A program made the translations under genes and the position numbers. This document shows positions 50,095 through 59,342 of a stretch of 64,000 nt of DNA, piece by piece (positions within the stretch are counted from its first letter, which is position 1; each line of letters opens with the position of its first letter). The DNA is from Bacillota bacterium (GTDB taxonomy: Bacteria > Sysuimicrobiota > Sysuimicrobiia > Sysuimicrobiales > Segetimicrobiaceae): contig JAJPIA010000011.1 in NCBI GenBank assembly GCA_021324975.1, positions 15,984 through 79,983 on the forward strand, read 5' to 3'. Under the pieces are notes generated by a model, which saw only the letters and a list, made by a program, of their open reading frames with translations, was not told where the DNA came from and did no database searches.

Positions 50095-51341
50095 CTATTC
50101 TGTGCCCGTCGACTCCGTAACCGCCTCCAGCTGGCTTAAACGGACGAGTTTCACCAACTGATCGGAAGGTGTCAGCTCCACGGGGTTCTCCTCCCAGGTC
50201 AGACCCTTCGCCTTTGTCTGGTTCACTGCCGCGGCTAACAGCTTGATCGCCTCCGCCGAGGAAAGGTCGAACTCTCTCGGTGCTTCACCCGGACGATCCA
50301 GCAGCTGCCATTGCATGGCGCCCTCAGGCCAGAGCAGACACCGCGAGCGCAAATCGGCGCCGGACTCGAACGCGAGCGTGGCGGCGCAAAGGCCCAGCGC
50401 GGCGAGAGCCGTGCGCGCCGCGGCATCAAGTTCCGCGTCAGGCTTGCCGTCTACCGGGAAGCGTAGACGCCTGAGTGCAATAAGTGAGAGTGTCGTTGTT
50501 TGCTCAGCGTATTCAATCGTCACGCCATTGTAGTAATTTTTTTCGGTCTTTTTGTCGCGCTGCTCCGGATACGGCACGCTCGAGTGGTTAAGTTTGGACG
50601 GCGCGACCCCGCCCTTGGCATGTGGATCCGCGACCTCCCAGGAATTGTTGTCCTTCTTCACGACTTTGACCGCCGCACGAATTTCAAGAGGATCGCGCCG
50701 CACGCCTCGCCGGAGGTCGCCTACCTCGGCCCCGACGCCCACAATTTCTGATACCACCACCCGTTCAAACTTCGGTCCAAGTCCGCCCTTCGGTCCTGTC
50801 GAGTCCCACATCCCAAGGAGCAATGCCGTGGGGCAAAGTATGTAGACCGGTGTGGCGTTGGAGGGACCGGCGCTGCTCAGCATGCGCCCTTTCTCCGAAT
50901 CGCGAAATGGCTTGCCTTCGAACTCGCTGTCACGAAGGATGGCATCGGCCAAGCGATGAGGCACTTGAAGGCTCGTGATCCGTCCGACCGCCTCGACCAG
51001 CCGACCCTCCTGCTCATCGCTCTTTGTATCTCCTTTGGGATCGTGGCGGCTGAAGTCCACAACCACCGTCGGCAGCGCGAGGACTTTCGCATCGAGGGCG
51101 TCTTGGAGAGCAAGCTCCATGCGGTTCGCCTGACTCTGAACGCTGTCCAGCAGTACGCATGTAACCGGCAGGTCCCGGCCGGGGATACGCCGTGTTTCAA
51201 TCGCGTATACGGCGCCGGCAAACGTGGGGGGGAAAACCTTGTCGCCCGGCCCCCTGCCGGTTGCAGCCGTCGGCGGCACCGAAAGGCGGCTGCCGATCCC
51301 TCGACCGCTGCCCGAAGGGCCTCAAATGTCAATGCGCTCAT
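50095..51341 (-). CDS. cas7: Csb1-type Cas7 backbone protein; the 5' end is apparently frameshifted (assembled ORF 50095..51279)
   Basis: Low-GC RAMP. The N-terminal region GDKVFPPTFAGA is reminiscent of the Csb1 RFQPTGFP motif but is recalled rather than verified. ATG at 51341 has a perfect GGGGAGG SD and reads MSALTFEALRAAVEG...LQPAGG in the -1 frame, joining the main frame at a C5/G5 homopolymer (51250-51254). Confidence 0.7.
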
Positions 51342-51857
51342 AGTGTGCCTCCCCTGATCTGCGCCCCGTGATGAGAGTTCGCGGCGCTCAATCCACCGGC
51401 TCCCTCGCCGAGATCGGTCGCCCGTGTCCGCGCCGAGCTCGTGGAACATCTCTTGGTCTGACGCCATCGAACCCGCCAGAAGTAATGCGTGAGCAAATTT
51501 CAATATGCCCACCGCCCATGGCCACTAGACTGGAACTAACTCGACTCCCTTTTTCGGCTTCCTAACTTCGAGCTAGGGCAATTGCGACTGCGACTCCGTG
51601 GGCAGAAGCCTGACCGGGGCAGCAACGAACATAGGTTCGATTCGACATGGCCATTATCCTCTACCCCAAGACAGGCAATTGCCTGCGCCGACAGCCTACG
51701 ACTCCCTCTTATTGGGCATGTGCAGGTCGAGAAGAAGGCGACACCGGCAAGCCACCGATTTCTGGCGGATCAGTCGTCTTTGCATCGGGTCGCGGTGGCT
51801 GGATATGAGGCCCGATCGACGGCTGCCGCGCCGGACTTAACGACCGCGGGGTGCCGC

Positions 51858-53399
51858 ATGGATTTGCTTTTCTTGTTTGGTGGCATTGTCCTCGGCACTC
51901 TGGCGGCGAGCGTGGCATGGCAGCGCCGCCTGAGCGAGCACCAACGCGCGGCCGAAGCCCGCAGCCTGAAGCTCGAGGAACAAGTTCACAGGTTCGAGGA
52001 CCAAGCGCGAGAGCAAGCAGCGCGACTGACAGAATCACGGCACCGGGAGGACGCCGCTCAACGAGCCTTGCAAGAGGAAGCTCGCCTCCGGGCCGCTTCC
52101 GAAGAAACCGCAAAGCGGGTCCCAGGGCTCGAAGGTACGGTGGTGCAACAGAACACAGAGTTGACGAATCTTCGGGCGGAACTTGCATCGTTACGGACGC
52201 AAATCGTCGACGAGCGCAGGAACCTCGAAGAGAAAATGGGGATCCTCAACGACGCGAGGGCCCACCTGCAGGACGCATTCAAAGGTCTGTCCGCAGAGGC
52301 GTTGCGAAGCAACAATGAGGCGTTCTTGCAACTTGCCCGGGAGAACCTGGAGCGGTTTCAGCAGGGCGCAGTGGCCGACCTCGACGCTCGGCGGCAGGCC
52401 GTGGATGACGTCGTGCGCCCTCTCCGCGAACACCTCGGGCACGTCCAAGTTAAATTGGGCGAGTTGGAGCGCCAACGGCTTCAAGCGTATAGCGCGCTCG
52501 ACGAGCAGCTGAAGGCTCTGGTTCAGTTGCACCTACCCCAACTGCACAGCGAAACCCTAAATCTCGTCAAAGCATTGCGTCAACCTAGCGGGCGCGGCAG
52601 GTGGGGGGAACTGCAGCTGCGTCGCGTCGTGGAAATGGCCGGGATGCAGCCACACTGCGACTTTACGGAGCAGACGACTGCTACAACCGATAACGGACGC
52701 TTGCGGCCCGATCTGATTGTATGTCTTCCCGGTGAGCGTCGTCTCGTTGTCGACGCCAAAGCCCCTGTCGACGCGTACCTGAACGCCATCGAAGCCGGGG
52801 ATGATGAGTCGAGGCGCCGGTTCCTTGTCCAGCATGCCACCCAAGTGCGGAACCACATCGCCATCCTGGCCAAGAAGGAATACTTCGAACAGTTTGAGAT
52901 CACGCCAGACTTCGTCATCATGTTCATCCCAGGAGAAGCGTTCTTCAGCGCAGCGTTAGAGTTCGACCCCGGGCTCATTGAACACGGGGTGGAGCAGCGC
53001 GTCATCCCGGCGAGTCCCACGATTCTCATCGCACTCTTGAAGGCCGTTGCCTACGGTTGGCGCCAGGAAGCCGTAACTCGAAATGCCCAAGAGGTGGCGG
53101 AACTCGGAGCAGACCTCTACCGGCGAATCAGCGATCTCGCAGACCGGTGGGGCGAGATTGGAAAGCGCCTTGGCCAGATGGTTGAGGCCTATAACAAGGC
53201 GGTGGCCACCTTGGAGACCCGCGTCCTCGTGACGGCACGGCGGTTCGCTGGATTGGGCGTCGCGCGACATGATGACAGCATTGCACCCGTAGAGCCTGTC
53301 GAGAGGGCTCCACGGGTTCTTGCCGCACCCGAAATGATACGCCATGATGCGCTCGCACTGGAGAGCCCTCGTTCGACCACAGAGGACGAACGGAACTGA
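51858..53399 (+). CDS. rmuC: DNA recombination protein RmuC
   Basis: N-terminal TM helix, long coiled-coil, C-terminal RmuC nuclease-like domain (DFVIMFIPGEAFF). ATG at 51858 within ORF 51582..53399. Confidence 0.85.
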   Translation: MDLLFLFGGIVLGTLAASVAWQRRLSEHQRAAEARSLKLEEQVHRFEDQAREQAARLTESRHREDAAQRALQEEARLRAASEETAKRVPGLEGTVVQQNTELTNLRAELASLRTQIVDERRNLEEKMGILNDARAHLQDAFKGLSAEALRSNNEAFLQLARENLERFQQGAVADLDARRQAVDDVVRPLREHLGHVQVKLGELERQRLQAYSALDEQLKALVQLHLPQLHSETLNLVKALRQPSGRGRWGELQLRRVVEMAGMQPHCDFTEQTTATTDNGRLRPDLIVCLPGERRLVVDAKAPVDAYLNAIEAGDDESRRRFLVQHATQVRNHIAILAKKEYFEQFEITPDFVIMFIPGEAFFSAALEFDPGLIEHGVEQRVIPASPTILIALLKAVAYGWRQEAVTRNAQEVAELGADLYRRISDLADRWGEIGKRLGQMVEAYNKAVATLETRVLVTARRFAGLGVARHDDSIAPVEPVERAPRVLAAPEMIRHDALALESPRSTTEDERN

Positions 53400-53480
53400 C
53401 CTTGCTCATTCGGACTGCGCGGAGATGACACAGCCACCCAGGCCCCACTCACGCATCCTGCGCTGTGCACCACACAGGAC

Positions 53481-54908
53481 TTAAAGATCGAGCGCCGGGC
53501 CCGGCACGTCGCGTACCGGCGACGTGTACGGCGACGCCGCGGCCGCCTCCCGGTGCTCGCTCTTAGCCCGGGCGATCAGCTCCGGGTCTTTCATGAGCTC
53601 GCACGCCGCCGCGGCGAGGATCTGCGCTGCGAACTGCATCCCTCGGCGTCCGATGGCGCTGCCGGCGCTGACCACGTTTTGCCAGGAGTGGCCCGGCATG
53701 CCGAGGGGTGCCGTGACGGTCCGCACCTCGGCGGTGGGAACCACATACGACACGTCGCCGACGTCGGTGGACCCGCCCACGGACTCTCCGTAGGGAGGCG
53801 GCGGCAGGATCCGCTCCACGAGGTCGGTCCCGGCGTCGCCCGGCCGTCCCAGGTCGACGCCGCGCTTGCGCAGGTCGTCGAGCGCCTTCTCAAGCGCGCC
53901 CCTGGGAAACGTGCTCTGCAGCTTTCGGGCCAGCGTGTGCTCCTCTTCGGTGTACTTCGGTGCGCCGATCTCTTCCATGACCCGCTGCAGCAGTCCATCC
54001 AGGGTGCGGTTCGGCAGCGTGTCGTAGCAGCCCGCGACGAGGCGGACGTCGTGCGTGGTTCCGGTCATCAGGCAGGCCCCGCGTGCAATGTCGAGCAGGC
54101 GCGCGTACACCTCCTCGACCTGGGCCCGGCGTGGGGCGCGCACGTAGTACCACACCTCGGCACGGTTGGGGACGACATTCGGGGCGAGCCCGCCGTCCGT
54201 GATGACGTAGTGGATCCGGGTCGACGAGTGGACGTGCTCGCGCAGGTAGTTGGCGCCGACATTCATGATCTCGACCGCGTCGAGCGCGCTGCGCCCGTTC
54301 TCGGGCATGCCGGCTGCATGCGCCGCCACCCCGTGGAACGTGAACCGGGCCGAGTTCATCGCGGTGTGCACTTCGTTCATGAGCTGATTGCCGGCCCCCG
54401 GGTGCCACGTCAGCGCGCAGTCCACGTCCGCGAAGCGTCCGTCTTTCACCATGAACACCTTGCCGACCAGGGTCTCCTCCGCCGGGCACCCATAGAAGCG
54501 GACCGTGCCCTTCACCTCTCCCCGGCGGATCGCGTGCCGCACCGCCATCGCGGCGCCCGCCGCGGCGGTCCCGAGCAAGTTGTGGCCGCAGCCGTGTCCC
54601 GGCCCGTTGAGGACGATCGGGCGGTGTTCGATCACCCCACGCTGCTGGCTGAGGCCGGGCAGCGCGTCAAACTCCCCGAGCAGCGCGATGACCGGGGCAC
54701 CTTCTCCGTAGGTCGCAATAAACGCCGTGGGCATGCCCGCCACCCCGCGCTCGACGGCAAACCCCGCCGCTTCCAGCGCGTCCGCGAGCGTCGCGCTGCT
54801 CTTCGTTTCGTGCAGGCCCAGTTCCGGCGTGTCCCAGATCCGATCGCTCAACTCTGCGAACAACGGGGCCTGCTCGGTGACGAAATCCAATACCGATGAC
54901 AACGGCAT
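53481..54908 (-). CDS. M20 family amidohydrolase (aminobenzoyl-glutamate utilisation protein B-like)
   Basis: M20D peptidase motifs (GHGCGHNLLG) and typical length; ATG at 54908 within ORF 53481..55031. Confidence 0.8.
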   Translation of the reverse strand: MPLSSVLDFVTEQAPLFAELSDRIWDTPELGLHETKSSATLADALEAAGFAVERGVAGMPTAFIATYGEGAPVIALLGEFDALPGLSQQRGVIEHRPIVLNGPGHGCGHNLLGTAAAGAAMAVRHAIRRGEVKGTVRFYGCPAEETLVGKVFMVKDGRFADVDCALTWHPGAGNQLMNEVHTAMNSARFTFHGVAAHAAGMPENGRSALDAVEIMNVGANYLREHVHSSTRIHYVITDGGLAPNVVPNRAEVWYYVRAPRRAQVEEVYARLLDIARGACLMTGTTHDVRLVAGCYDTLPNRTLDGLLQRVMEEIGAPKYTEEEHTLARKLQSTFPRGALEKALDDLRKRGVDLGRPGDAGTDLVERILPPPPYGESVGGSTDVGDVSYVVPTAEVRTVTAPLGMPGHSWQNVVSAGSAIGRRGMQFAAQILAAAACELMKDPELIARAKSEHREAAAASPYTSPVRDVPGPALDL

Positions 54909-55157
54909 CCATCCACCTCCACGGAGTCGCGCGGACCGCCGCGCACTGCTTGTAGAATTTACGCGTCGAGCGAGGCAACTCCTAGACGCGCGGGCACGCC
55001 GCGCCCTCGGACCCGTGCCGCGGCGCCTCACGCACGACCCCGGCTAGGCTCGGCCCGCCGAGCACCCTGTGCCACGGGTGCGGTGCACTCGGGTGGTGGA
55101 TCGACGGGTATACCTTTGATGAGTTTACATCATACCTCGGGTCACGAGGCGGCGCCC

Positions 55158-55412
55158 ATGAGCGAACACATCGGCAGTGTGCGTCAGGGCGAACGCGAAT
55201 ATACGATCCTCCTCGGCTACGGGGCTCCCGGCTTCTACGAGTGGGAACTCCTCACCACGAGGTGGATCGCGGAGAACGGCCACGAACGGGGAAACACGGT
55301 GACGGCGGCCAAGGGCCGCGCGACCGACCGGGAGGCCGCGGTGGCGCAGGCGCATGATGCCCTCCACGCCGCGATCAAGGCGGCCCGCTATCCAAAGCGT
55401 CAGGACAGTTAG
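55158..55412 (+). CDS. Hypothetical small protein
   Basis: ORF 55083..55412; ATG 55158 with GAGG upstream; no domain. Confidence 0.3.
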   Translation: MSEHIGSVRQGEREYTILLGYGAPGFYEWELLTTRWIAENGHERGNTVTAAKGRATDREAAVAQAHDALHAAIKAARYPKRQDS

Positions 55413-55493
55413 GCGGGAGCGATACGACACCGGGCCACCGCGTCCGATGCAATGTCGTGCGGACGCGGTGGCCCGGCGCCTAATCCTATCGCG

Positions 55494-55760
55494 TTACCAG
55501 CGACCCCACTGGTCGCGGTGATAGTCGCGATCGTAGCGGCGATTGTCCCAGCACTGCCGGTCATACCGCCGGTCCTGGCCCCAGTAGTGACCGTACGCGT
55601 CCCCGCGGCAGTGGCGGCCCCACGTATCCGAGCCCCAGTGAATGTTCAGGTTGATACCCTGGGCATGGGCCGGGACCACGGACACGACGGCGCCGGTCGT
55701 GGCCAGGAACACAAACAGTAGGAGCGGCGCCAGCGTACGGATTGCACCGGATCGCATCAT
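55494..55760 (-). CDS. Small secreted Trp/Arg/Tyr/Asp-rich protein (signal peptide + W-R-Y-D repeats)
   Basis: MMRSGAIRTLAPLLLFVFLATTGAVVSVVPAHAQG signal peptide with AHA-Q cleavage site. About 54-aa mature part HWGSDTWGRHCRGDAYGHYWGQDRRYDRQCWDNRRYDRDYHRDQWGRW with 2 Cys. GAGGAGG SD before tandem ATGs. Confidence 0.5.
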   Translation of the reverse strand: MMRSGAIRTLAPLLLFVFLATTGAVVSVVPAHAQGINLNIHWGSDTWGRHCRGDAYGHYWGQDRRYDRQCWDNRRYDRDYHRDQWGRW

Positions 55761-55888
55761 CCTCGTTGCCTCCTCTCTTGTCCCCCCGGTGCACCTACAT
55801 GTTACCCTGCATCGGTGCTCGCATCGCGAGCCCATCCGGCAGGCGCCCGCGAATCATGCGAAGTGCCTACGGCGATCGCGTGAGCGCT

Positions 55889-56746
55889 TCACAACTGTGA
55901 ACGCGTCCCGCCTTCGGATCCGCCATCTAGACCGGTCAACTCCATGCTGAGCGCGCCGAGACGGCGGCGGGCATCGCGGTCATACGCCTGCGGGTCCGCG
56001 CGCGCCTCGCGCAGGCCGTTGAAGTAGAGGCCGCTCCGATTCGCGAGCGCGGGCGACACCGCGAGGTTGAGAATCGCCTCGCCGCCTTCTTCCACGCTGC
56101 TCCGCGGCGTCACGCCCGCCTGTCGCACCATCGTCGTGTCCATGTACGTTGCGGGATGGAGGGCGTTGACGGTGACGCCGGTGCCCTGCAGTCGCTCGGC
56201 GAGATCGAACGTGAACATGATCTGCGCGAGCTTGCTCTGGCAGTACGCGCGCGTGCCGCTGTACCCGTGGGTCAGCATGACGTCCTCGAAATCGATGGCC
56301 TGCTGTCCCGCGGACGCGACGTTGACGATGCGCGCCGGTGCGCTCCGCGTGAGGAGCGGCATGAGGAGATGCGTGAGCAAAAACCCGGCGAGGTAGTTCA
56401 CGGCAAACCGCAGCTCATACCCGTCGGCGCTCGTCTGCCGCCGGGACGCGCCCGAGCCGCCCGAACCGATGCCCGCGTTGCTCACGAGGATCTCCAGGCG
56501 ATCCGTCGTGCCCTCGACGGCGGCAGCGAGCCGCCGCACCTCGGCGAGCGTCGCCAGGTCGGCCCGCAGGAACTCGGCGCGCCCTCCCCGCTCCGTGATC
56601 TCGCGGACGACGTGCTCGCCCCGCCCCCGGTCGCGGCCGTGCACGAGCACGCGGGCGCCGGCCTCACCGAGCCGCACGGCGACCAGGCGGCCGACCCCGT
56701 CCGTGGACCCGGTGACAAGCGCGGTCGTTGCGGTTAACCGTGACAT
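55889..56746 (-). CDS. SDR family oxidoreductase
   Basis: TGSTDGVGR glycine motif, NAG and YCQSK catalytic motifs. Confidence 0.8.
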   Translation of the reverse strand: MSRLTATTALVTGSTDGVGRLVAVRLGEAGARVLVHGRDRGRGEHVVREITERGGRAEFLRADLATLAEVRRLAAAVEGTTDRLEILVSNAGIGSGGSGASRRQTSADGYELRFAVNYLAGFLLTHLLMPLLTRSAPARIVNVASAGQQAIDFEDVMLTHGYSGTRAYCQSKLAQIMFTFDLAERLQGTGVTVNALHPATYMDTTMVRQAGVTPRSSVEEGGEAILNLAVSPALANRSGLYFNGLREARADPQAYDRDARRRLGALSMELTGLDGGSEGGTRSQL

Positions 56747-56822
56747 CGCAGACCTCCGTCCCCTGAGTTGAGGCTGCCCATCCCTAACAACGTTCGCAGG
56801 AGGTCCCCACCTCCTCGCTCTC

Positions 56823-57395
56823 TTACGAAATGCCGACCGCCGCGAATGCCATCTCCGCCACGCGAAAGCCGGCGAGCCCGGCCGCGCTCGCCAGCGTCAC
56901 CGCGTACAGCAGCTGCGCCGCGGGAAGCCACGCGTTCGCCCCCAACGCGATGCTGTGCCACGCCGCGGCGGCAAACGCCGGATACGCGACCGCGTGTACG
57001 GCCCGCCAGACCCACGGGGCGAGGCGCCGCCGCGTGTAGACGGCGACCGTGGAGAGGATCATCCCGTACAGGCCGACGACGCCGAGGGCGAGGGGGACGC
57101 CGACGCCGACGAGGCCCAGCACCGCAAATTGATCGCCCTGCGGGGTCGCAACGCCACGGAGCGCATGCACCGCCGACGCGCTGAGGCCGGCCAGTGAGAG
57201 GATCGTGTGGGTACCGCTGCTGCGCGCCGCCATGGGTAGACGCCGCCGCAGCCACGGCGACGACATCGCCGTCCCCGTGACGACGGCGAGATATAAGAGC
57301 GCGTACGCTGCGAAGCCCCACAGCGACAACATCACGCCGGGCGCCGCCTCGATGGCGTCTCGCGGGCCGGTCCTTCCGGGGCCTTGATTGAGCAC
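56823..57395 (-). CDS. Hypothetical integral membrane protein (about 5 TM)
   Basis: Hydrophobic helices with conserved His residues; weak resemblance to ferric-reductase-type TM domains; the start is uncertain. Confidence 0.4.
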   Translation of the reverse strand: MLNQGPGRTGPRDAIEAAPGVMLSLWGFAAYALLYLAVVTGTAMSSPWLRRRLPMAARSSGTHTILSLAGLSASAVHALRGVATPQGDQFAVLGLVGVGVPLALGVVGLYGMILSTVAVYTRRRLAPWVWRAVHAVAYPAFAAAAWHSIALGANAWLPAAQLLYAVTLASAAGLAGFRVAEMAFAAVGIS

Positions 57396-57617
57396 CTCTG
57401 TGGCGCGACCATGCGGGAGACACTTATCGCGCGCCGCCCGGATGCCCTGTTCAACGACGCCGCATACCGCACATGCGGTACGCCCTGATCTCCGAGGTCA
57501 GCAGGGACTTGCTCGTCCATGCGGGTAGACCCGAACCGCAGCCGCTGACATTGTCGCGCTTCGGTCGAACCCACACCCAGACAATCCGGACGCTGCGCGA
57601 TCCCTGGAGGGATGACG

Positions 57618-58406
57618 ATGCCCGTAGACCTCGGGTTTCACTGGTCCATGCTCAACGATTACGACCGCAATGCCGCCTACCGCGCGGCGATCCGGCGGAC
57701 CGTGCCTGACCGGATCGTCTACGACCTCGGCGCGGGAGTCGGGCCGATGTCCTACTATGCGCTCACGGCGGGGGCGCGTCGCGTCTACGGGTTCGAGATC
57801 GATCGCGACGCGCTGCCGTACCTGCGCCGGCTGGCCACGGAGTTCCCCAGCTTTACGGTCTGCCACGCCGACGTCGTGAGAGCCGCGCTGCCGCGGGACG
57901 CGCCGGAGGTCGTGATCTGCGAGATGTGGTCGGCGTGGCTCACGGACTGGCCGATGGTCAAGGCCCTGGCACGGGTGCGAAAGCGTGCCCCGCACGCGCA
58001 CATCATTCCCGCCCGCGGCCATCACCTCATCCAGCTCGTGCGCGCGCGCCACCGCGCCGGGGTGCCGCTACGGGTGACGCCGGGCACGGAAGCGCCGGTG
58101 ATCAACGAGAGCCCGGCCACGCTCGATGTCTCGCTCCCGGCGCTGGCGTGTGTTTCCGACTTTCGCTCGGAGATCCGCCCCGTGGATGCGACGGTGATGC
58201 TCACCCCGCTCGTCACCGGCATGGTCGACGCGGTCCGGCTCTTTAGCTACGAGGAGGTCTGGCCGGGCTGCCTGCTGCCGCGCATGGGTACGCGCGGCGA
58301 CGAGCTGCTGCGGTGGATCACCCCGACGCGCGTGCGCGAGGGGCGGCGCGTCCGGTTACGCGTGCAGTACGCCTGGGGCAAGGCGCCGCTCCTCTGGCTG
58401 GAGTAG
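57618..58406 (+). CDS. SAM-dependent methyltransferase (PRMT/PrmA-like small methyltransferase fold)
   Basis: VYDLGAGVGPMSYYALTAGARRVYGFEID motif I/post-I; second ATG chosen because GGAGGG sits 6 nt upstream. Confidence 0.55.
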   Translation: MPVDLGFHWSMLNDYDRNAAYRAAIRRTVPDRIVYDLGAGVGPMSYYALTAGARRVYGFEIDRDALPYLRRLATEFPSFTVCHADVVRAALPRDAPEVVICEMWSAWLTDWPMVKALARVRKRAPHAHIIPARGHHLIQLVRARHRAGVPLRVTPGTEAPVINESPATLDVSLPALACVSDFRSEIRPVDATVMLTPLVTGMVDAVRLFSYEEVWPGCLLPRMGTRGDELLRWITPTRVREGRRVRLRVQYAWGKAPLLWLE

Positions 58407-58414
58407 GGCCACCG

Positions 58415-59342
58415 TCAGCGGACCGCGCCGTACGCGTCCCGCCGGGGATCGACGCCGAGCCGGCGCACGCCCGTGTTGGGATCGATCGCGATCACCTTAG
58501 CGCTACCGACGGTCACGGGACTCGGTCCCTCCACGGCGAGCTCGGCCCAGTCCGCGAGCATCGTGACGTCGTAGCCGTGCGACTCGAGGGTCCGGCGCGC
58601 GTCCGGCGGAAACCGGCCCTCGAGGAAGATCTGGGAGAGCGAGTCGTAACGGAGCGCGCCGCCGAGCAGGAAGCGCGGCGCCTCGACCGCTTCCTGCGCC
58701 TGGAAGCCGTAGTCGAGGATACCGGTCAGGACCTGCAGGTTCGTCTGCACCTGGCTATGGGCACCGGGCGTGCCGCCCGCGAGCCGCAGGCGCTCATCTC
58801 GGGTCACCATGTACGTGTGCAGCGTGTAGACGGGCGTCTTGCCGCCGGCCACGACGTCCGGGTGATCGGGTCGCAGGCTCGCGGAGTTGAGCCGGCCGTT
58901 CACAAGGATGCCCGTGCCGGGGATCACCACGCCCGCGTCCACCCACAGGCTCTGGATCATCGACACCGCGTTGCCCTGCGCGTCGATCGTCACGAGGGCG
59001 GTGGTGTCGCCGGCGCGCTCCGCCTGCGCGGTCGAGGCCGCGCCGCCGCGAACGGCGGCGCGAATCTCCGCGATGCGCGCCGGCGAGAGGACGCGCTCGA
59101 GGGTGAGCCCGGTCCAACACGAGCACGAACCCGTCGCCCGCGACCCCACACATGTGCGGGCGCACCACCGCCACCGTGGCAGCCGTGGCGATGGCGGCGT
59201 CGATCGCGTTGCCGCCACGATCCAGGATCCGCATGCCGGCCGCCGCGGCGAGCGGATGGCCGGCGATCACCGCGGCACCGCTCCCCAGGATGGGGCGGTA
59301 CCGCGTCTTGTGACCTGCGGCGCTGGGCGCGCTCGGTGCCAT
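58415..59342 (-). pseudogene. Gamma-glutamyltransferase remnant (N-terminal about 75 aa and C-terminal about 230 aa in different frames; about 250 aa of the middle missing)
   Basis: ORF 58794..59507 carries the GGT N-terminus (ILDRGGNAIDAAIATAATVAVVRPHMCGVAGDGFVLV). ORF 58415..59218 carries the catalytic-Thr region (DTTALVTIDAQGNAVSMIQS) and the small subunit. The total span is far too short for an intact GGT. Confidence 0.55.

Noticed and set aside
50877-51512. 211-aa minus-strand ORF overlapping the cas7 5' region
   Set aside because: Most of it is an out-of-frame read-through over cas7 (R-rich junk). Only its segment from ATG 51341 to the homopolymer is considered real, as the frameshifted cas7 N-terminus.
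51600-51640. GGTTCGATTCG motif resembling a tRNA T-loop
   Set aside because: There is no complementary T-stem, acceptor stem or anticodon arm around it, so no cloverleaf can be drawn. No tRNA, rRNA or other structured RNA gene was recognised anywhere in the window.
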